Shown: piece by piece, positions 24,386 through 39,060 of the stretch
How the letters are laid out: every line of letters begins with the position of its first letter
Numbering within the stretch: position 1 is the stretch's first letter
Source of the DNA: Felis catus
Taxonomy: Eukaryota
NCBI RefSeq assembly: GCF_018350175.1
Contig: NC_058368.1
Location: 100,690,001-100,754,000, forward strand
Length of the DNA: 64,000 nt
Direction of reading: 5' to 3'
Position numbers and translations under genes: made by a program
The notes under the pieces: model-generated
What the model was told of the DNA's origin: nothing
Seen by the model: only the letters and a program-made list of their open reading frames with translations
Databases searched by the model: none

Positions 24386-25784
24386 ACATAATCCTTTCCA
24401 ATTCTAAGATTTTATCACAGGCAGAAAACAAAACAGAAGACCTTTGTCATAGCACTGGAGTCTAAAGTTTCCATAAATAACAAAATTATGATCATAGGAT
24501 TGATTGTAATAAAACCAGCACAACATTATCATTTCTGTGTAATGGATCATAAAAAAAATATTGACCCAAAAACTTTAACCCTGTATGTATAAATAAAATC
24601 CCAACTCTATATAACATCACAACCTTGGTTCCTCTGAAAGAAGCCCCAAGGACTGTGAAACCTGAACAGTTTCCAACAGTAAACAGATGGCTTAATAACT
24701 CTATCAATCAAAAATATGAGAGGACCAAGTTGATCTTTTTTCTCTAATAGTTATACCTACCTCTCTAAAGAATGGCTGAAATCATCAAAGTAACGTAAAA
24801 TCTGGTGAACTCCTAAAAAGAAATTGGCAAATTTTAAGGGATGTCTCTTTCTCTGGGACTCTGTCTCTTTTTGGTTTGTTTCGCTTTGGATATTCCCTTT
24901 ATATTTCCTAGCTTACAATGTGGCCATGAATAAAAAGTAGAGCACAGGAAAAGTGTTCTGTAGTTTATTTTCCTGCAAAGGACCTACGCACTCGAACTTC
25001 TAAGTACTGTAACTCTGTTTTTGCTTTTGACAAAAGGCAGAAAAGCCAAGTGTATGGTGAATAAGTAGGATAATATTAGTTAACAATACCTTCTTTTCAG
25101 TCACCGATTACCAACCAACAAAGTAAATTCACTTGGATAGGAACAAAATATCTGAATTTCTAAAGTCAGTGTTATAGCTTTGAGGTATCTTGAATTTGCT
25201 CGTATATACAAATATTTGTTTCCTCTGTGACTCTTTGCAGTGTTCAGCATTTCCTTCCTTAGAGGAAGTGTATAATTCTAGCCTCCTACCATGGGTTAGA
25301 AAATAAGAACAGAGAAAACAGACATTTTGAGGAAAAAAAAAGTGTAAGTAGGCTATATTATGATCATATTGTATTGCTTAAAATATAAAACAATGATTAT
25401 GTTGCTAGTAACTGAACTTGCAGACAAGAAGCAGTTTCTGCCTCAAATTATTTCGAGATCCCTCTTTACCTTAAGTGCTATTTTTTTAAAAATTGCCCTT
25501 GTAGGATTCACTAAGATTGAATGAAACAAAAAGGCACGGTACAAAAAGTAGAAGAAACAACTATTTAACATAATATAAGTCATAAATATCTATTTTTTGT
25601 GTATAGAGTAACTCAAATAAAACTAACTCAAAATAAAAAAAAATGGGAAGCACTATTTCTAGATATAAAATGTTATCCTCCTACAAATGCAGCTTACTGA
25701 AGTCCCTAATTCAGTGCATTATCAGGCTGGTTAATAGGAGCCAAAACTACTATTAAAATTAGATGCAGGGAAGCAAAATTTGTT

Positions 25785-25786
<2 letters not shown>

Positions 25787-25817
<31 letters not shown>

Positions 25818-25908
25818 AGTTAATCTCAACACCCAACATGGGGCTTGAACTCATGACTCCAAGACCAGGAGTCGCAATGCTGCAACTACTGAGCCAATCA
25901 GGCAACCC
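25787..25908 (-). mobile_element. Short Can-SINE with long T-run
   Basis: ggggcttgaactcatgac...tgagcca; flanked by aaaatttgtt. Confidence 0.75.
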
Positions 25909-26869
25909 CAAAATTTGTTAATTTATAGTAGAAGTAACTATTTTAGAGTTTGGTCTCTCATAGGGTAAAATTTTGCCTTTCCCAGGCATTATGTAGTCAT
26001 TGAAAATCTAGTTTTTTGGACGCCAATGAGGATGTTGAAATCTAGAAGTAACTCCAGAGAACTTTTTTAGAGATTTGAAAATAAGCTTGTGTTCAAGGCC
26101 CATAGTCATTCCTAAAGGCCTAAGAATTAGGCCACAGACCTAATGGAAGTTAATCAATTATCCTCGTTTTAAAAAAAGCTGTTGGGTGTACTTTATTCTT
26201 CCTTTTGAATGGTTTCCAAAGAACTCTGATTCTAGAGGGAGCAGAACTCCTATGTGATTTGCCAGAAGTAGATAGTTATGCTACCTAAATGTATCAGAGA
26301 GTAAATAGCTAGCTAGAATCTGTTAGAGCTTCCCTGGGATTACCTGAAGATTTGGGGATCATGGCATTCTGGAATAATCACAAAGTTCAAAGTGATATTT
26401 TTTTCTAGTTGTTGTATAATCTTTGAACTTCAGTTTTCTCATCTGGAAAAGAATATATACTAATGCCTAAAAAGATTAGAGATAATATATATATAAAATG
26501 TTTAGCCATAGTGGCACTCTCCCCTAGTGAATGGAAAAAAGGAGGTAACAGAAAAGCCGTGATGGAGACATAAGGAAAATTCTCATTCACAGACTCTTTC
26601 AAAGTAAGAGATATCAGATCAAATGGTAAATAATCTACAAGAGGTTCTAGTCCTATGTGATTATCTTAGAGATGGCACACGCCCGTAAGTTTTTTCCCAG
26701 CGAAGCTTATTAGCCTCCATACAAATAAACTTCTAATGTAGTCGCCCCAGAATTGGCCAGATAGCTCTACCAATGTCTGACATGCCAGATTCAAATGTTT
26801 CCCGCCCTGTACAGGAATCATAAGATTCTGGCAATGATAAGAAAGGTAGAAAACAAAAAGGCAAAAGGA

Positions 26870-27031
26870 GGGGCACCTGGGTGGCTCAGTTGGTTAAGCG
26901 TCTGACTCTCGGTTTTGGCTCACATCAGGATCTCACAGTTGGTGGGATCAAGCCCTGTGTCGGGCTCCACACTGGCAACGTGGATCCTGCCTGGGTTTCC
27001 CTCTCTCCTTCTCTCTCTGCCCTTTTCCCAC

Positions 27032-27124
<93 letters not shown>

Positions 27125-27140
27125 ATATTTTTTTTAAAAA
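26870..27140 (+). mobile_element. Can-SINE with expanded (CT)n and (TAAA)n
   Basis: Direct reading. Confidence 0.9.
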
Positions 27141-27629
27141 AGCAAATGAAAACTTCACACAAATTAGGATAATCCAAAGGGTACAGAGGGCAGGTGGGCA
27201 GGGAGTACGGATAATCCCAGCCCTCCCCAAGGAAACTTTAAAGTTCTGTCCCGATCTGCAGGATGAATCTTAAAGTCACATTTATAGGCCCCTAAAAGCA
27301 TAGATCCTATGGTGCTGCAGCCAAAAGTTAAACACGTTGCCAGTCTTTGTCAGGAAAGGGTATTGGATACAAATCAGTATCCTATCAATATTGCTACATA
27401 TGGAATACTGCTTAGAGATCTGGTTGTTAAACTATAATATGGCACCAAGGAAAAGGAAGATGTAGAGAGAGGTGAAGAAGTTGGTAACACGTAAGTTTTG
27501 CTTGAAAAGTACATGTATCAGAATGCTTTCGAAGTTCAATTCATTGACCTACAGGCAAAGGGAGAAAAACCTGTGCAATGCTTGTGATCACCTCCCCAGA
27601 CTTATCACCATTTTCTTCCTTTACAAAAT

Positions 27630-28860
27630 GTTTATTTTAAAATAATTTCAGGGGCGCCTGGGTGGCTCAGTTGGTTAAGCATCTGACTTCAGCTCAGGAC
27701 ATGATCTCACAGTGAGTTCAAGCCCCACATCAGGCTCTGTGCAGACAGCTCAGAGACTGAAGCCTGTTTCAGATTCTTTATCTCCCTCTCTCTCTCTGAC
27801 CCTCCCCTGCTCACACACTCTCTCTTTCTCAAGAATAAATAAACAGTAAATTTTTTAAATAAATAAAATAAAATAAAATAATTTCAGACTTAGAAAAAAA
27901 TATTACGAAGACTTCTTGTATACTCTCCACCAGCTTCCCCAAATGTTAATATGTTATATAATCATATAATAATCAAAACCAGGACATTAACATTGATTTA
28001 TATTATTAACTATTCTACAGTACTTAAATTTCATCCACTGGTTCAGGGTCCAATCTAGTGCCTCTGTGTTTGGTTTAGTATCTCCTTTGTCTCCTCCAGT
28101 CTGGAGCCTTTCCTAGTCTTTCTTAATTTTGACATATTTTAAGAGCACTGGCTAGTTACTTAGAGAATGTCTCTTACTTTTGGTTTGTCTGTTTCCTCAT
28201 GATTAAATTCAAGTTATGCATTTTTGTCAAGGATACCACAGAGTTATGCTGTGACCTTGTCAGTGCCCATTGGAGGAATGTAATATAAGGTGTCTCATGC
28301 CTGATGATGTTGACTTTGACCTCTTGGTAAAGGTCAGGTCTACCCAGTTCCCTCACTGGATTAATTCCTCACTGTAACTAGTATTTCATGGAGAGGAATT
28401 TTGAGCCTCTGCAAATATCCTGCCTCTCAGCCAACTTTCACCCACTGATGTTATCATCCGTTAATGATTTTTGCCCATAATTATGACTACAAAGTGTTTG
28501 TTATGTGATGATTCTCTACTTTCCTCATTGCTTCTACCTTGTTACTTGGAATTTTATTCTAAGGAAGAAGTGTCTACTTTCTCCCATTTAGTTATTGAGT
28601 ACTTATTTATATCAATATAAACTCATGAATATTTATTTTATCTTACGGGTTATAATTAATTACTTAAAATTTGTTTTTGCTCATTTGTCCCAGATTTGGC
28701 CATTGGGGACTCCTTCCTGTTGGCTCCTGTGTCCTTTTGACATGACTCCACATCACTTTTGGACCACTTCCTTACTTTCTGGCACCACAGGATGTTTTAG
28801 CTGACCTTGTACTTTCCCTGCTCCAGCCCTAGAATCATCTGCTTCTCCAAATAACCATTT
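27630..28860 (-). mobile_element. Old L1M (L1MC/ME-type) 3' UTR relic containing a + strand SINE at 27651-27880
   Basis: tttattttaaaataatttcagactta...cagcttccccaaatgttaat...tcaaaaccagga...ttaacattgat is typical of reverse L1MC 3' ends. Confidence 0.65.
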
Positions 28861-28974
28861 TCTATTTACACAGAAAGGGAGAGAGTTAAACAGAATATTT
28901 CCCTCTCTACAGTCAGCCAGTCCTAGGACTTTTCTTATATTTAAGTCTCTTCCTGATTGTAACACTTTAAAGAT

Positions 28975-29685
28975 TGTGATGGTTACTTTTCTGTGTCTAC
29001 TTGACAGGGCTAAGGGATGACCATGTAACTGGAAAAACATTCTTTCTGAGTGTATCTGTTGAGGGTGTTTTTGGAAAAGATTAGCATTTGAATTTTTTTT
29101 AAATATTTATTTACTTTTGAGAGAGAGAAGAGCATGAACAGGGGAGGGGCAGAGAGAGAAAGGGAGACACAGAATCTGAAGCAGGCTCCGGGCTCTGAGT
29201 TGTCATCACAACTCAATATTTGAGCCTCAATATGGGGCTCAAACCCATGCACCATGAGATCATGACCTGAGCGGGAGTCCACTGAGCCACCCAGGCACCC
29301 CGTGGAAGAGATTAGCATTTGAATCAGTATTCCAAGTAAAGAAGATCATTCTCAGTAGTATGGGTGGGCATCATCTGGTCTGTAAAGGACTCAAACAGAA
29401 CAAAAAGACAAAAGAAGTATGACAAAGGAAGATGGCTCCCTTTGCTTGAACAAGGACATCTATCTTCTCCTGCCCTCAGGGATCAGTGTTTCTCGTTCTC
29501 AGGCCTCCAGACTTGGACTGAATCACACCACCAACTTTCTGGCTTTCCAACTTGCAGATGACAGATAATCAGGACTCCTGTACCTCTAAAATTGCATGAG
29601 CCAATTAATTATAATAAATTTATATATATAAATTTACATATATAATCTATTGATTCTGTTTCTCAGAAGAACCATGAGTTATACA
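28975..29685 (+). mobile_element. MLT2-type ERVL solo LTR containing a - strand SINE at 29092-29301
   Basis: TG...CA termini, tgtgatggtta...cttgacagggctaaggga start, TSD aagat/gagat. Confidence 0.85.
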
Positions 29686-30509
29686 GAGATACTTGCCAAA
29701 AAGCACGTTATTTGAAAAAAAAAAATTTTTTTTTTTTCAGCCTTACAGGACCATTTTAAACGTTGGCTGGGGCAAACTTGGTTGTAATTCTCCCAGCTAA
29801 CTTCTGGCCTCCTTGTTATTATAGTTCCTCATACATCAAGAAATAGAGTTTCCTTGGAGACTGGAGGATTCCATCTACCATTTCAACAAAATATTGAATT
29901 ATGTGATTCTTGGTAGAAAGGAACAAAAGCCCTCTTTTTAAGGGATCATTTTCAACATTCAGAGAGTTCCAAAGTCCTAGCTAGTTGTGAGTATTTTGGG
30001 GATAAAATATTTCAGACCCACTGAAGAAAACTGAAGAGCCAACATAACCCATTACTTTAGGGTTACACACATCAGACTTTAGAGAAATATGATTTAGATT
30101 CAAGTAATGTGGCAAAAATTGCTAGATCTTTCCAATATTAATTCTCCTTAATTGGGCAAGTCCCAAAATTTTAGCGGGGTACATAGCCACCCTGGCTAAC
30201 GCTAGACTTTCCAAGCTCCTTAAAAGCTAGGTTTGACAGTGTAACCAAGTGCTGGCCAAGTAAAAGTGACATTTATAACACCCTGGTTGAAATGGGTCAT
30301 GCTCTCCACTTCCCTTTTTTCTTCTTTCTAAAGGTTGTGACATGGACATTGTAGCAAGAGCTAGAGAAGACATCTTGGACAAAAAAAACCATGGAAGTCA
30401 CGTGTTAAAGATGTCACACTTTAAAGGCAACAAGATAGAAGGGAACTGTCCTTGACATGATACAGCTGCCTTATTAGGTATGGTCAGCTTATATAGGCTG
30501 CAATGTAGG

Positions 30510-32204
30510 AAGAAAAATCAGTTGAGTTTTTAAATTTTTTTTTCAACGTTTATTTATTTTTGGGACAGAGAGAGACAGAGCATGAACGGGGGAGGGGCAG
30601 AGAGAGAGGGAGACACAGAATCGGAAACAGGCTCCAGGCTCTGAGCCATCAGCCCAGAGCCCGACGCGGGGCTCGAACTCACGGACCGCGAGATCGTGAC
30701 CTGGCTGAAGTCGGACGCTTAACCGACTGCGCCACCCAGGCGCCCCTCAGTTGAGTTTTTATATACTAACAATGAACTATCTGAAAAAAAAAGAAAGAAA
30801 ACAATGCCGTTTACAATAGCATCAAAAATAATGAAATAATTAGGAACAAATTTAACCAAGGAAGTGAAAGATGTATGCACAGATAACTATAAGACTCTGA
30901 TGAAAGAAATTGGGAAGATACAAATAAATGGAAATATATGGAATGTTCATGGATTGGGAGAATTAAAGTTGTTAAAATGTTCATTCTACTCAGAACCATC
31001 TGAAGGTTCAGTGCAATCCCTATCAAAATTCTGAAGGCATTTTTCATAGAAATAGAAAAGGCAATCTTAAAATTTATATGGAACCCCCAAAGACCGGGAA
31101 TAGGCAAAATAATCTGAAGAAAAATAAAGCTAGAGGCATCACACTTCCTGATTCTAACTATATCACAAAGTTAGAGCAGTCAAAACAGTATGATACCAAC
31201 ATAAACACAGACACATAGATCAATAGAACAGAACTAAGAGCCCAGGAAAAAAATCCATGCATATATGGTCAACTAATATTTGACAAGGGAGCCAAGAATA
31301 CTCAATGGGGAAAGGGTAGTCTCTTCAGTAAATGATGTTGAGAAAACTAGACATGTGAAAGAATGAAACTGGACCCCAGTCTTAGACCACTCGCAAAAAT
31401 TAACTCAAAATGCACTAAGTACTTAAACATAAGACCTCAAACCATAAACTCCTACAAGAAGGCATAGGGGAAAACTCCTTGACATTGGTCCTAGCAATGA
31501 TCTTTTGGCTTTGACACCAAAAGCACATAGCAACAAAAAGAAAAACCAACACGTGGGACTACATCCAAGTAAACACCTTCTGTACAGCAAAAGAAACGAT
31601 CAACAGAAGGAAAAGGCAACCTACAGAATGGGAGAAAATATTTGCAAACCATTTCTTCCACAAGGGGTTAATATCCAATTTATATAAACAAGTCATAGTC
31701 ATCGTCATCATCATCATCTGATTTTAACATGGGCAGAGGATCTGAATAGACATTTTTCCAAGAAGGCATACAAATGGCCAACAGGTACATGAAAAGGTGC
31801 TCAACATCACTAATCGTCAGGGAAATGCAAATCAAGACCACAATGAGATACCACCTGACACCTGTGAGAATGGCTGGTATCAAAAAGACAAGAGATACCA
31901 AGGTTCGGGGAGGATGTGGACGGAGAGAAGGGAATAGTAGAGCACCTTTGGTGGGAATGTACATAAGTATAGCCACTACAAAAAATAGTATGAAGTTTCC
32001 TCAAAAAAAAAAAAAAAGAATTACAAGTAGAACTGCTGTATGGTCCAGCCTCCCCACTTCTGCGTGTACATCTAAGGAAATGGCAACACAGTCTTGAAGA
32101 GAGCTATACTTTCACGTCTACTGACGCATTATTTAGGATGGCCAGTTTAGGAAGCAACCTAAGTATCCCTCGATAGATGAATGGATAAAGATGTGATACA
32201 CGTG

Positions 32205-32246
<42 letters not shown>

Positions 32247-33393
32247 AATATTATTCAGCCATAAACAACGAAGGACATCCTGCCATTTGCAGCAACATGG
32301 ATGGACCTTGAGGTCATTATCTTAGGTGAAACAAGACAGAACAAAAATACCATATGATCTCACTTACATGCGTAATCTAAAATCATTGAACTCATAGTGG
32401 AGCCTGGTGTGCATCCAGCTCTTGGTTTCTGCTCAGGACATGATTTCACGGTTCTTGGGATCGAGCCCTGTGTAGGGCTCTGTGCTGAGAGTGCAGAGCC
32501 TAGTTGGGATTCTCTCTCCCCCTCTTTCTCTGCCCACCACCCTCCCATTCTCTCACAAAATAAATAAACTTTAAAAAGTTACAAATAAAGGGGAGCCAGG
32601 TGGCTCAATCCGTGAAATGTCCGACATCGGCTCAGGTCATGATCTCACAGTTTGTGGGTTCAAGCCCCGTGTGAGGGCTGAGAGCTTGGAGCCTGGAGCC
32701 TGCTTCAGATTCTCTGTCTCCCTTTCTCTCTCTGCCTCTCTCCGACTCACACTCTGTCTCTCAAAAATAAATAAACATTTAAAAAAATTTTTAAGTTATA
32801 AATAAAATAAAATCATTGAACCCACAGAATAGAGAGTAGAATGGTGGTTGCCAGTGGCTTGAGGGTAGGGAAAATGGGGGACGTTTGTCAAAAAGTACAA
32901 ACTTCCCATTACAAGATTAACAAATTCAGGGGGTATAACTTACAGCGTGGTGACTATACTAACAGTACTGTGTGGTATACTCTAAACTTGCAGTAGGAGT
33001 AGAGCTTTTTATTTTAAATTTTTTTTTCAACGTTTATTTATTTTTGGGACAGAGAGAGACAGAGCATGAACAGGGGAGGGGCAGAGAGAGAGGGAGACAC
33101 AGAATCGGAAACAGGCTCCAGGCTCTGAGCCATCAGCCCAGAGCCCGACGCGGGGCTCGAACTCCCGGACCGCGAGATCGTGACCTGGCTGAAGTCAGAC
33201 GCTTAACCGACTGCGCCACCCAGGCGCCCCAGAAGTAGAGCTTTAATATTCTCACTATGACAACAACTAAATGACAATTATGTAAGATGAAGGATGTGTT
33301 AACCTTACTGTGGGAAACATTTTGATTATTTATAATCATCCCTTAAACTTACACAATATTATGTCAATTACATCTCAATAAAGTTGGAATAAA
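30510..33393 (+). mobile_element. 5'-truncated L1 (ORF2 3' part plus 3' UTR, L1MA9-like), interrupted by SINEs at 30535-30746(-), 32398-32576(+), 32590-32790(+), 33018-33230(-)
   Basis: ORF2 peptides such as [29 protein letters not shown]; 3' end catctcaataaagttgg; many stops and frameshifts. Confidence 0.9.
32207..32243. repeat. (CA)n microsatellite inside L1
   Basis: Direct reading. Confidence 0.95.
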
Positions 33394-34234
33394 ACAAGAA
33401 CTACTTGGGCAAACAGCAAATTCTCTCTTTGAGGAGGCAAAAAGTCAAAAAAAAAATATTCTTTCTGGTATAAGAAGAGTGTAGAGGTAGGAGGGAAAAA
33501 AACTTACTTGAATAAGATTAGAGGAAATAGTGTGCCACCCAGGCCAAGCAAAGAGGGTCTGAAATGACTGGTGGTTAGAGGGTGGAGGGGGGGGTGGGCG
33601 ACGAGGGGAGGAGAGCAGGGCAGGGCTGGTATTCTGCAAGAGCCGTGCTGGGAGCTGACTAACAGAGTTGAGCCAAATGTGTAACTGAAACCAGAACTCG
33701 TTGGGACAAAAGTGCAAGTTTAAAAAGTGAGATCATGAAACCAAGTCTGAGTAGGAGCAGTGTTGATGCATCAAGACGGAATAGGTCACGAAAGGCTTCG
33801 GCGATCTCTTACTTGTTTCAAAGCAAGACTCACTGTGATGCCCAGAAGGGACACTTTGGGGCAATGAGGAAGCCCTTCCCATTTGATAGTTCTATTAGAG
33901 GGGAAATTCCTGTGTGCTTTATATGCGCGGGGAAGCTTTCTTTTGGAATGTGAGGATGGAAATGAAATTAAGGTGAGAGGGAGATTTTAAAAGTCCTGCA
34001 ATAGAAACATTAAATTCTCCTAAGACTAGGGAGTTTGTTTACATACTGTGATTTGTGTCTACCTCAAGTGCCCATGGAGCAAGATGATCCCCTCACGGAC
34101 TAGGGCCTGCCAGCAGTTCACAAATGGAATTAAAACTAGATATTCAGTGTAGTGGTAAAATATTCCTTTGCTCTTATTCTCTTGACATACTGTTGCCTAA
34201 CAGAGTCCGTTACTCATTTTAAAGGATACTCTTA

Positions 34235-34660
34235 GGGGTGCCTGGGTGGCTCAGTCAGTTAAGCATCTGACTCTTGATTTCACTCAGGTCATGATCTCTT
34301 GGTTGTGGGCTTGAGCCCCAAGCTGGTCTCTGTGCTAAACGTGGAGTCTGCTTAAGATTCTTTCTCTCCCTTTCTCTCTGCCCCTCCCCCCTCCCAAAAA
34401 TAAATAAACGTTAAAAAAAATTTTTTTTTTTTTAACGTTTATTTATTTTTGAGACAGAGAGAGACACAGCATGAACAGGGGAGGGGCAGAGAGAGAGGGA
34501 AACACAGAATCGGAAGCAGGCTCCAGGTTCTGAGCCATCAGCCCAGAGCCCCACACGGGGCTCGAACTCACGGACCGCAAGATGGTGACCTGAGCCGAAG
34601 TCGGACGCTTAACCGGCTGAGCCACCCAGGCGCCCCAAAAATAAATAAACTTTTAAAAAA
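34235..34660. mobile_element. + strand Can-SINE with a - strand Can-SINE (34421-34636) inserted in its tail
   Basis: caaaaataaataaac duplicated around the inner element. Confidence 0.9.
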
Positions 34661-35278
34661 TAACAATAAAATAATAAAATGAAGGATACTCTTATTGCCA
34701 GTTTCCTTAATATACTATTATTAAAGCATGAAGAGGCAGTAAGTAAGAAGAATGGTTGTGAAATAAAATTTTAACTGAATTTGAAGATTGTAAACTGGAA
34801 CTGTCTATGCAAATATTGCATATTGATTTCTGAAAATAATTTCTTCCCAATGTATGCTTCTTGCTTCCAAGTTTCAGCGTCCTTCTCTATAGTAACTAGG
34901 AGATTGGCTCAGTGAACGTAAGTAATGAAGTATGAATTAGAAAGTGATCACCATAATTAAGTTAGAAGGCCAGGTTTTCTTATTTGCAAACCAATAATTC
35001 ATTCTAATACCACTACCTACCTGCACGACCTTGTACAAGCCACTTAACCTCTCTATTTTATCAGCGTCAAATGAGAATAAAAACATTTTCCATCTATACA
35101 CAGGGGTTAGGGAAGCAGATGTGAAGAAATATTTGTGAAACGGTACCATAAGCTGTCCAGCCCTCGTGAACTCCAGGCTTTCCGTTTAGGTAAAGCTGCT
35201 TCTAGAACTCAGAATCTCCGCCTCTTCATCGGGTTCAGCTCGGCTCTGATAATGCCAGGCTTCCTTCTTGACTTCAAG

Positions 35279-35900
35279 TGGGTGGAAGGAAAACCACAGG
35301 CCCAGAATGGCGTCGCTTAGGTTAAGACCACAAGTCGGGGGGGCGCCTGGGTGGCCCAGTCGGTTAAGCGTCCGATTTCAGCCAGGTCACGATCTCGCGG
35401 TCCGTGAGTTCGAGCCCCGCATCGGGCTCTGGGCTGATGGCTCAGAGCCTGGAGCCTGCTTCAGATTCTGTGTCTCCCTCTCTCTCTGCCCCTCCCCCGT
35501 TCATGCTCTGTCTCTCTCTGTCCCAAAAATAAATAAACGTTGAAAAAACTATTAAAAAAAAAAAAAAAAAGACCCCAAATCGGTATACCTAGGCTACCTA
35601 CATACGTAACCTGACTGCAGTTCCAGTCCCCCAGGAATGTGACCTTTAACAGGTAAGCATGGGAGTATCCTGATCAGCACTAGGAAATATACTGAGGGAC
35701 ACCCTTCCTGTTCCCCTAAGGAAGGAGACATCGCCTAAAACAATGGATTCTTTGCTAATAATTTCCTTTCTTCCCCATTCCTTCTCTCCCTATGGAGCCC
35801 CCATCTACTTGCTAGATGGAGTGCTGCTCATTTCATGAGTCAATTAGTAAAGTCGATTAGATCTTCAAAATTTACTCGATTGTCTTTTTGTCATTTGACA
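35279..35900 (+). mobile_element. MER34A-like ERV1 solo LTR containing a young SINE at 35340-35570
   Basis: aaaaccacaggcccagaatggcgtcgctta start; cttgctagatgg...attagatctt...tttgaca end. Confidence 0.65.
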
Positions 35901-36006
35901 GAGTTCTTGCATTTCCCCCTCCCATCATGTTCTCTGTGTGAAAAATGGGGATCCTGGGTCCTTTCTTGCATTCTCTCTCTCTTTCTCGGTTTCTTGCTTT
36001 CTCTCT

Positions 36007-36008
36007 TT

Positions 36009-36075
<67 letters not shown>
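36007..36075. repeat. (CTTT)n microsatellite, tail of a short - strand SINE relic
   Basis: Direct reading. Confidence 0.9.
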
Positions 36076-36077
<2 letters not shown>

Positions 36078-36132
36078 AGTAATCTCTATGCCCATCATGG
36101 GGCTGGATAAAAAGAAATAAATGACAAGGCAT

Positions 36133-37445
36133 TGAGCACCTGAATGGCTCAGTTGGTTGAGCATCCGATTCTTGATTTAGGCTCAGGTCATGATCCCAGG
36201 GTCTCATGGAGCCTGCCTGAGATTCTCTCTCTCTTTCTCTCTGCCCCTTTCCCCCTCTCTCACTCTCTCTCTCTTAAAAAAAAAAATGACAAGAGGGCAT
36301 TGATTAAGGGTGTCTTCCAGTTCTTCCAGTGAACCTAGCTTGAGGATTAATTGGGAAGCAGGGGGAGGAAGGAAAAGCATAAAATAATCTCCTTTTCCAA
36401 TGTATTTAGTTAACTATTACAACGCCCTCTCATCCCAATCTTCTAACTAAGGCTTTATTTTGGTAAAATATATTCTGATATATCCACATAATAGAATATT
36501 ATCCAGCCATTAAAAATAGTGAAGTCAAGGGGCGCCTGGGTGGCGCAGTCGGTTAAGCGTCCTACTTCAGCTCAGGTCTTGATCTCGCAGTTTGTGAGTT
36601 CAGGCCTCGCATGGGGCTCTGTGCTGACAGCTTGGAGCCTGGAGCCTGCTTCAAATTCTGTGTCTCCCTCTCTCTCTCTGTCCCTCACCTGTTCATACTC
36701 TGTCTCTCAAAAATAAATAAATGTTCAAAAAAAAGTTTTTGTTTTTTTTTTTTAAATAGTGAAGTGGGGGCATCAGGGTGGCTCAGTCAGTTAACTCTTG
36801 GTTTCGCTCAGGTCATAAACTCACAGTTCGTGGGTTCAAGCTCTGCATCGGGCTCCTCACTGACAGTACGAAGCCTGCTTGGGATTCTCTCTCTCCCTGT
36901 CTCTCTGCCTCTCCCCTGCTTCCTCCCTCTCTCTTAAAATAAATAAATAAGCTTAAAAAAAATACTGAAGTGGATCAACAAGCACCAGCATGGAAAGATG
37001 TGTCTGATATATTAAGGGAACAGAGAAAACAGCTGTGTAGTTGTATAATATGGTCCCATTTTTGTTTTAGGTATATATAAACATGATAGTAAGTCCGGAA
37101 GGATGTCTTCCAGACTATGAGTCATGGTTATGCTTCCACAGTATATAAAGACCTCTCCCTCTTTGTTTTATCTCTGTGTTGTTTAAGTTCTCAGGATTAT
37201 CTATGACTTTGATTTGTAGGAAGACATAATGCTTTCTAAAATAAAAACTATCATTGGAGCACCTGGGTGGCTCAGTTGATTAAGTGTCCAACTCTTGCTT
37301 TCGGCTCAGGTCATGGTCTCTGGGTTCATGAGTTCAAACCCTGCATCAGGCTTTTTGGTGTCAGGACAAAGCCTACCTCAGATGCTCTGTCCCCACCCTC
37401 TCTCTGCCCCTCCCCCTCTCAAAAATAAATAAACATTTTTTTTTT
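36133..37445 (+). mobile_element. Cluster of four + strand Can-SINEs (~36133-36287, 36529-36735, 36767-36960, 37256-37445)
   Basis: Four heads with A-rich tails. Confidence 0.85.
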
Positions 37446-38204
37446 TAAGTTTAAAACAAAAACTGCTGTTGAAACAATTAATGGTTAATTGCATAAATGT
37501 GCAATGATTTATATAGGCCTGATGCCAGAGTGGAAATGGAACAATGAAAAAAATTAAAGTACAACAAAAGATTAAGAGCTTTGACAAGAATAACAGAAAT
37601 ATTTCTTAGATGATTGCCATCTAATAGCGTTTCCTTTACAAGAGCAGGAAAAATAAAATCAAACAACACATGCAGGCACTTTTAATGGAACTTTCAAGGG
37701 AACGTCTTTTCCTAACATCTCTGACTTAACGAAAAAAGCCAAGCAGACTGTCTTGGAAGCAGATATGAAAACTCTATCTGGCCCCAGATCTAAAAAATAT
37801 ATCCAAATTATGCCCCACATCACACGCACAGTCATCCTGCAGTATTTTCGTCTACTGTTACTCTATGTTTCAGTGCTAAGGATCTTAACCTAATGTGGAA
37901 GTCCCCTGAATTGGTCTTCTGGTGTATACATAAGTGCCCGTGCATGTTTTTCTGGGGAGAGGGATCACCGCCTTCATTGGGTTTACAAAGAGATCTTTAT
38001 ACAAATCCATACCCACAAATAATAAGAATCACAGCATTCATGTGTTCATACGTATTTGCATGTTCAACAGACATCTCTGATAATTGTCTTTCCTCCACTT
38101 ACTGTTTGTTATATGTGTAACAGGAATGTGATTAGCCACCTAATATATATCATTTCTATTAACCGCAATACTGCACATAAAGATTATCCCTATTTTATCA
38201 CTGA

Positions 38205-39060
38205 GGGATATGGAGAATTATCACCCGCTACAAAGTCTTTGGACACTCCTTCCTTTGCAAGTTGGGGATCTATGCCTCCCTCTCCCCCTTGAATCTAGAT
38301 GAGCATTGTGACTCAATTCCATCAACTGAATATGATGGAAGTGACATTGTGTCGATTTCCAGACCAACGCCTTACAAGATGGACGGCTTCCATTTCCTGT
38401 CCTTCGGAATAATAGCTCTCAAAAAACAAGCAACATATTATGAGGAAGCCACAGCTGCCCCATGGAGATGCCCACCCAGAGAAGAACTGAGCTATCCAGG
38501 AAGTGGATCCTCCAGACCCAGTCTAAATGCTCCAGCTAATGCTGTGTGGAGTTGACATGAGCCATCATCTTTCCCGAGCCTGTGGTAGGCACAATAATGA
38601 GAAGATGTCTGCATCCTAAGTCCCAGAGTCTGTGAATATGGTACAATACATGGCAAAGGGGCATTAAGGTCACAGATGGAATTAAGATTGCTAATCAGTT
38701 GCCTTTAGACTAGAGAGATTTATCATGGATTATCTAGGTGGATCCATTGTAATCAGAACGATCCTTAAAAAATGGGAGAGAGAGACAACAGAGGTCAGAA
38801 TGATTCCGTGAGAGAATGACTTGACCTCCTGTTGACTGACTTTAAAGATAGAAAAGGGGCCATGAGCTGAGGAATTGCAGGCAGCCTCTAGAAGTTGGAA
38901 AAGGCGAGGAAACAGATTCCCTCCTAGAGCTTCCAGAAAAGAATGCAGCTCTTCTGCAATCTTGACTTTTTACCCAATGAGAGAGAACAGTGTTGGATTT
39001 CCAACAGACAAAACTAAAAGACAGTACGTTTTTGTTATTTTAAATCACTGAATTCTCGTA
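38205..39060 (+). mobile_element. MaLR LTRs: older MLT1 relic (~38205-38580) followed by MLT1D-like LTR (~38581-39060)
   Basis: tgtggtaggcacaataatg...catggcaaaggggcattaaggtcacagatggaattaagattgctaatcag. Confidence 0.75.

Noticed and set aside
30811..32097. ORFs with L1 ORF2 similarity
   Set aside because: Fragmented by stops and frameshifts; a 5'-truncated dead L1
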